In this document: positions 46,855 to 51,318 of the stretch, piece after piece | Layout of the letters: each line of letters opens with the position of its first letter | Position numbering within the stretch: the first letter of the stretch is position 1 | From: Nocardioidaceae bacterium | GTDB lineage: Bacteria > Actinomycetota > Actinomycetes > Propionibacteriales > Nocardioidaceae | DNA: 51,318 bases | NCBI GenBank assembly: GCA_013697905.1 | Contig: JACCVZ010000137.1 | Span: forward strand, 1 to 51,318 | Direction of reading: 5' to 3' | The notes under the pieces: generated by a model | The model's database searches: none | Seen by the model: the letters and a program-made list of their open reading frames with translations, nothing else | Told to the model about the DNA's origin: nothing | Made by a program: the position numbers and the translations under genes

Positions 46855-47844
46855 ATGACCACACTTGCCTTCATCCCCAGCCCCAGCCAAGGCATCTGGT
46901 ATCTCGGTCCGCTCCCGATCCGTGGCTACGCGTTGTGCATCATCCTCGGCATCATCGCCGCGGTCTGGATCGGGGACCGACGCTGGCGGCAGCGCGGCGG
47001 CAGCGCCGGCGCCGTCGGTGACGTGGCCATCTGGGCGGTGCCGTTCGGACTTGTCGGCGGTCGGCTCTACCACGTGCTCAGCGATCCGGAGCTGTACTTC
47101 GCGGCGGGCAAGAACCCGGTCACGGCGCTCTACATCTGGCGCGGAGGGCTGGGCATCTGGGGTGCGATCGCGCTCGGTGCGCTCGGTGCCTACATCGGTT
47201 GCCGCCGGCGTGGGCTGAAGTTCCGGGCCTACGCCGATGCGCTGGCACCCGGCATCGTGCTCGCCCAGGCGATCGGTCGCTGGGGCAACTGGTTCAACCA
47301 GGAGCTGTACGGCAAGCCCACCAAGCTGCCATGGGGGTTGAAAATCGACACCGAACACCGCGGTCAGCTGCCGGTGTCGATGCAGGACGAGGAAACGTTC
47401 CACCCGACGTTCCTCTATGAGTCGTTGTGGTGTCTTGGCGTCGCCGCGGTGGTGATCTGGGCCGAACGCCGCTTCAGGCTCGGCTACGGGCGGGCCTTCG
47501 CGCTGTACGTGATGGCCTACACCGTCGGACGCGTCTGGATCGAGTATCTTCGCGTCGACACCGCCAACGCCTTCTTCGGCGTCCGGCTCAACGTGTTCAC
47601 CTGCGTCATCGTCTTCTTGCTGGCGGCGGCATACTTTGTCATCGTCGGCAAGCGGCACCCCGGGCGCGAGGACGACGTGGAGCCGTGCCCCGACGACGAA
47701 GACCTGGACTCGGTGCCCGACGGGGAAGCAGACCTGGCCGCGGTCCCCGCAGACCATGCTGAGGACGAGGCAACCGGCCCATCGGCGAGTGTCGAGGCCG
47801 AGGCCGCCACCGACGAGCCAACCAAACCGGACCAGCGGACTTAG
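46855..47844 (+). CDS. lgt: Prolipoprotein diacylglyceryl transferase (with an acidic C-terminal tail)
   Basis: GGRLYHV and GRWGNWFNQELYG motifs. Polytopic membrane protein. Usual actinobacterial position after trpA. Confidence 0.95.
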   Translation: MTTLAFIPSPSQGIWYLGPLPIRGYALCIILGIIAAVWIGDRRWRQRGGSAGAVGDVAIWAVPFGLVGGRLYHVLSDPELYFAAGKNPVTALYIWRGGLGIWGAIALGALGAYIGCRRRGLKFRAYADALAPGIVLAQAIGRWGNWFNQELYGKPTKLPWGLKIDTEHRGQLPVSMQDEETFHPTFLYESLWCLGVAAVVIWAERRFRLGYGRAFALYVMAYTVGRVWIEYLRVDTANAFFGVRLNVFTCVIVFLLAAAYFVIVGKRHPGREDDVEPCPDDEDLDSVPDGEADLAAVPADHAEDEATGPSASVEAEAATDEPTKPDQRT

Positions 47845-47874
47845 GCAGACCTGAGACGTTTCCTCCGCTCGTCG

Positions 47875-48624
47875 GTGACGACAATGGTCGTCATGGCTGA
47901 GCATCCTCCGACCGCACCGAACGAGCAGACGATCAACCACGAGCACCCGAACGTGTCCGGCGGCTGGTTACGGCCGGCAGTCTTCGGCGCCATGGACGGC
48001 CTCGTGTCCAACTTCGCCCTGATCGCCGGTGTGGTGGGGGGCACCCAGGGTGGACACTCTGACACGGTCGTGCTGGCGGGGCTCGCGGGCCTGGCTGCCG
48101 GCGCGTTCTCGATGGCGGCAGGGGAGTACACCTCGGTCGCCAGCCAGGCGGAGTACGCCGCGAAGGAGATCGAGGTCGAGCGACTCGAGATATTGGCCCA
48201 GCCCCACGTCGAACAGGCTGAGCTCGCGCAGATGTACGTCGACCGTGGCATCGAGCGCGACCTCGCCGACAAGGTGGCCGCCCAGGTGCACCTGGATCCT
48301 CAGCTGGCCGTGCAGGTTCATGCGCGCGAGGAGCTGGGGGTGGACCTCGAGCATCTGCCGTCGCCCGTGGTGGCTGCGGCTTCGTCCTTCATCGCCTTCG
48401 CGATCGGGGCAGCCTTGCCGGTGCTTCCGTACGTGCTCGGCGCCGAGACGCTGTGGCCGGCGCTGGTCATGAGCCTTGCTGCGTTGTTCGCCTGTGGGGC
48501 GATCGTGTCTGCCGTGACGACCCGCACCTGGTGGTATGGCGGCGTCCGCCAGATGCTGCTGGGTGGCATGGCAGCCGGGCTGACGTTCTTCATCGGGGAC
48601 CTCGTCGGCAGCAGCCTCGGCTGA
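47875..48624 (+). CDS. VIT1/CCC1-family (iron/manganese) transporter
   Basis: GGWLRPAVFGAMDGLVSNFALIAGV, a central acidic helical segment and C-terminal TM helices. Start uncertain (GTG 47875, ATG 47884 or ATG 47893). Confidence 0.8.
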   Translation: MTTMVVMAEHPPTAPNEQTINHEHPNVSGGWLRPAVFGAMDGLVSNFALIAGVVGGTQGGHSDTVVLAGLAGLAAGAFSMAAGEYTSVASQAEYAAKEIEVERLEILAQPHVEQAELAQMYVDRGIERDLADKVAAQVHLDPQLAVQVHAREELGVDLEHLPSPVVAAASSFIAFAIGAALPVLPYVLGAETLWPALVMSLAALFACGAIVSAVTTRTWWYGGVRQMLLGGMAAGLTFFIGDLVGSSLG

Positions 48625-48708
48625 GCGTGGGCCGGTCCGGCTCCAGCCTGGCCTGAAGGGCGCCGCGGGGCCAGCGCTCCCGAGAAGGCGCTGTGCCACG
48701 ATGCAGCC

Positions 48709-50157
48709 ATGGCATCTGGATGGTTTGACCGGTTGGACGAGCGGGCTGGCGACCTGATCGAGGCTCAGCTGCGGTGGTACCACCGGCGACGGCTGCGGCG
48801 ACTCGGTTGGGACACGTCGCTCGATGAGGCGACCGACGGCAGGTGGTGGTCGGGACGTGCGCGGGTCCGCGGCGCCAATCAAGTCGACGTGCTGATCGAC
48901 GGTGCTGAAGCGCTCGCCGCCATGGACGCCGCGATCCAGGGGGCGCGGGAGTCGGTGCATATCGCTGGCTGGCATGCGAGTCCTGACTTCGAGCTGACCC
49001 GCGGACCTGACGCGGTGCCGTTGCGGGACCTGCTCGCCGACGTGGCCGAACGTGTTCCCGTCCGGCTGCTGCTCTGGGCCGGCCCGCCGATTCCTGCCTT
49101 CCAACCCACCCGGCGGATGGTGAGTCAGGCACGTGCGGAGTTCATCCGAGACAGCCGCGTCCAGTGCGCGCTGGACAACCGAGAGCGCACCCTGCACTGC
49201 CACCACGAGAAGATCGTCATCATCGACGGAACTGTGGCCTTCGTGGGGGGCATCGACTTCACGGCTCTGCAGGGTGACCGTCACGATGAGCCGGTGCATC
49301 CGCCCCGCGGACCGCTCGGCTGGCACGACGCCGCCGTACGGCTGCAGGGTCCCGCGGTCGCCGACGTGGCGGACCACTTCGGCCAGCGCTGGGGCGAGGT
49401 GACCGGGGACCAGCTTCCCCCAGTCGAAGAACCCTCTCCGGCGGGGGACTCGGAGGTCCAGGTGCTGCGCACGGTGCCAGAGGGGACCTATGACTTCGCA
49501 CCTCGCGGTGAGTTCACCATCCTCGATGCGTATCTGCGTGCGCTGCGCCTGGCCGAGCGCTTCATCTATCTGGAGAACCAGTTCCTGTGGTCCCCGGAGG
49601 TCGTGGACGTGCTCACGGATCGGCTCACCAATCCGCCCACCGACGACTTCAGGATCTTGTTGTTGCTCCCCACCAAACCGAGCAACGGTGCGGACACGAC
49701 GCGCGGTCAGCTCGGACGGCTGATGGACGCGGACGGTGGCGCCGGGCGGCTGCTCGCCACCACGATCAGCGCCAACGGGGGCGACGAGCAGGCCTCCGTC
49801 TACGTCCACGCGAAGGTCGGTGTCATCGACGACCGATGGCTCACCATCGGTTCAGCGAACCTCAACGAGCACTCACTGTTCAACGACACCGAGATGAACG
49901 TGGCCACATGCGACCCCGCACTGGCGCGCGAGACGCGGCTACGACTGTGGTCGGAGCACACCGAGCGGCCGATCGAGGCGATCGACCAGGAACCGTGCAG
50001 GGTCATCGATGAGGTCTGGCGGCCGACGGCGCAGGAGCAGGCTCGAAGGGACCAAGCCGGTTTGGAGCGCACGCACCGGTTGACGTTGTTGCCCAGCGTG
50101 TCTCGGCGGACCCACCGTCTTGAGGGGCCGATGCGCGGCTTGTTGGTGGACGGTTAG
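48709..50157 (+). CDS. Phospholipase D / cardiolipin-synthase-like protein with two HKD motifs
   Basis: HKD 1 is HCHHEKIVIIDGTVAFVGGIDF. HKD 2 is YVHAKVGVIDDRWLTIGSANLNEHS. No obvious TM segment. Confidence 0.85.
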   Translation: MASGWFDRLDERAGDLIEAQLRWYHRRRLRRLGWDTSLDEATDGRWWSGRARVRGANQVDVLIDGAEALAAMDAAIQGARESVHIAGWHASPDFELTRGPDAVPLRDLLADVAERVPVRLLLWAGPPIPAFQPTRRMVSQARAEFIRDSRVQCALDNRERTLHCHHEKIVIIDGTVAFVGGIDFTALQGDRHDEPVHPPRGPLGWHDAAVRLQGPAVADVADHFGQRWGEVTGDQLPPVEEPSPAGDSEVQVLRTVPEGTYDFAPRGEFTILDAYLRALRLAERFIYLENQFLWSPEVVDVLTDRLTNPPTDDFRILLLLPTKPSNGADTTRGQLGRLMDADGGAGRLLATTISANGGDEQASVYVHAKVGVIDDRWLTIGSANLNEHSLFNDTEMNVATCDPALARETRLRLWSEHTERPIEAIDQEPCRVIDEVWRPTAQEQARRDQAGLERTHRLTLLPSVSRRTHRLEGPMRGLLVDG

Positions 50158-50273
50158 CAGCACGGGCGCGACGACACGTCTCAGGTGGTGACCGACTGGC
50201 TGATCGTCATGGGCAGCCTCGTGTAGTCTCGCCGCAACATCTGGGCCAACGTCGTCCCGTTGCCAGCACACCC

Positions 50274-50294
50274 TCCATCGACATCGTCGATGGA
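50274..50294. promoter_or_regulatory. Perfect 21-bp palindrome (9-3-9) 20 nt upstream of gltB; candidate operator or 5'-UTR hairpin
   Basis: tccatcgac-atc-gtcgatgga. The arms are exact reverse complements. The gltB ATG is at 50315. Confidence 0.3.
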
Positions 50295-50314
50295 CGACGA
50301 CGGGAGACCTGCCC

Positions 50315-51318
50315 ATGCGAGCTGTCCCGCCGCCCCAGGGCCTCTATGACGGGCAACACGAGCATGACGCCTGCGGGGTCGCCTTTGTGGCGACACTCAC
50401 GGGTGTCGCTTCCCACGACATCGTCGTCAAAGCCCTGACCGCACTCCGCAACCTCGACCATCGCGGTGCCTCCGGCGCTGAGCCGCACTCCGGTGACGGA
50501 GCCGGCATCATCGTCCAGATCCCAGACGCGTTCTTGCGCGATGTCTGTACCTTCGACCTCCCACCGGTCGCCAGCTATGCCGTGGGCACAGCCTTCCTGC
50601 CCGGAGCCGACGAGGAGATCGCGAAGACGAAGGCACACATCGCCGACCTGGCCACTGAGGAGGGGCTGAGGGTCGTCGGCTGGCGCCCCGTGCCCACCGA
50701 CCCCGACCTGCTCGGCCAGACTGCACGTGGCTGCATGCCGTCGTTCGAACAGCTCGTGGTCGCGGGTCAGTCCGGCCGGGTGCTCGGCATGGCGCTGGAG
50801 CGGATGGCCTTCGTGCTGCGCAAGCGTGCCGAGCACGACACCGGTGTGTACTTCCCGTCCCTGTCGTCGCGCACGTTGTGCTACAAGGGAATGCTCACGA
50901 CCGGCCAGCTCGATACGTTCTTCCCCGACCTGACCGACGAGCGGGTGACCTCTGCGCTCGCGGTCGTGCACTCGCGCTTCTCGACCAACACGTTCCCGTC
51001 CTGGCCGCTGGCTCACCCCTACCGCTTCATCGCCCACAACGGTGAAATCAACACTGTCAAGGGAAACCGCAACTGGATGCGGGCCCGCGAAGAAATGATC
51101 GCAAGCGCTCTCTTCAGCGGGGGCGCCGGTGAGCTGAGTCGCATCTTCCCGATCTGTACGCCGGACGCGTCCGACTCGGCTTCCTTCGACGAGGCACTGG
51201 AGCTCCTGCACCTCGGCGGGCGCTCACTTCCGCATGCGGTGCTGATGATGATCCCGGAGGCCTGGGAGAACCATGCCGAGATGAGTCCTGCACGGCGCGC
51301 GTTCTACGAGTTCCACTC
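50315..51318 (+). CDS. gltB: Glutamate synthase large subunit, N-terminal (Ntn amidotransferase) part; gene runs off the right edge
   Basis: Absent from the ORF track because it has no stop in the window. [65 protein letters not shown]... contains the catalytic Cys of the CGV motif. Later motifs are [30 protein letters not shown]. Confidence 0.93.
   Translation, partial: MRAVPPPQGLYDGQHEHDACGVAFVATLTGVASHDIVVKALTALRNLDHRGASGAEPHSGDGAGIIVQIPDAFLRDVCTFDLPPVASYAVGTAFLPGADEEIAKTKAHIADLATEEGLRVVGWRPVPTDPDLLGQTARGCMPSFEQLVVAGQSGRVLGMALERMAFVLRKRAEHDTGVYFPSLSSRTLCYKGMLTTGQLDTFFPDLTDERVTSALAVVHSRFSTNTFPSWPLAHPYRFIAHNGEINTVKGNRNWMRAREEMIASALFSGGAGELSRIFPICTPDASDSASFDEALELLHLGGRSLPHAVLMMIPEAWENHAEMSPARRAFYEFH

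Noticed and set aside
47968-49809. 613-aa minus-strand ORF antisense to the VIT1 and PLD genes. The same applies to 46798..47947 (antisense to lgt), 35462..36964 (hisD), 29119..30498 (dnaE), 26596..27819 (lspA/rluD) and 14407..15759 (murG/murC).
   Set aside because: All are Arg/Gly/Pro-rich, lack recognisable motifs and overlap motif-bearing genes on the other strand. I treat them as non-coding shadow frames.
1-51318. Search by eye for tRNA/rRNA genes, IS elements, integrases, toxin-antitoxin pairs, restriction-modification or other defence modules, and large direct or inverted repeats
   Set aside because: None found. Intergenic regions are short, every large ORF has a housekeeping-type assignment or sits in conserved core synteny, and there are no GC-content islands larger than about 80 bp.

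Overview
This is a high-GC (about 70%) actinobacterial chromosomal core region. It is densely packed and mostly co-directional, and many adjacent genes are linked by ATGA/GTGA start-stop overlaps. Gene order from left to right: (1) A minus-strand module of MoxR AAA+ ATPase, a DUF58 protein and a transglutaminase-like membrane protein; the last runs off the left edge. (2) A complete dcw division/cell-wall cluster, mraZ-rsmH-ftsL-ftsI-murE-murF-mraY-murD-ftsW-murG-murC-ftsQ-ftsZ, followed by pgeF-yggS-sepF-yggT-divIVA. (3) Minus-strand ileS with a clear T-box leader. (4) A DksA/TraR-type zinc-finger protein with a lysine-rich N-terminus, then lspA, rluD, a GNAT and dnaE. (5) Three poorly characterised genes: a membrane protein, a large Gly/Pro/Tyr-rich membrane-anchored protein and a Lon-N-domain protein. 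(6) A his operon, hisD-hisC-hisB-hisH-[lipoprotein]-[small membrane protein]-priA/hisA-hisF-hisI. (7) A trp block without trpE/D/G/F: Trp-associated membrane protein, an HGxxPAAW micro-protein, then trpC-trpB-trpA. (8) An SCO1/SenC lipoprotein, lgt, a VIT1/CCC1 transporter, a two-HKD phospholipase-D-family protein and the 5' end of gltB, which runs off the right edge. I found no rRNA, tRNA, CRISPR array, transposase/integrase, phage genes or recognisable defence/toxin modules. I do not see a convincing new multi-gene system; this reads as housekeeping DNA. The observations most worth a second look are small-scale. They are a phased four-box putative MraZ operator over the mraZ promoter, and an untracked 51-codon membrane micro-ORF just upstream of rsmH. 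Others are a perfect in-frame 24-bp tandem repeat inside the ileS editing domain, and two extra envelope genes translationally coupled into the his operon. The last is a GC3-rich small ORF with tandem Trp codons whose stop overlaps the start of the first trp-block gene, at the position where trpE would normally sit. All family calls come from motif recognition by eye. No searches were run.
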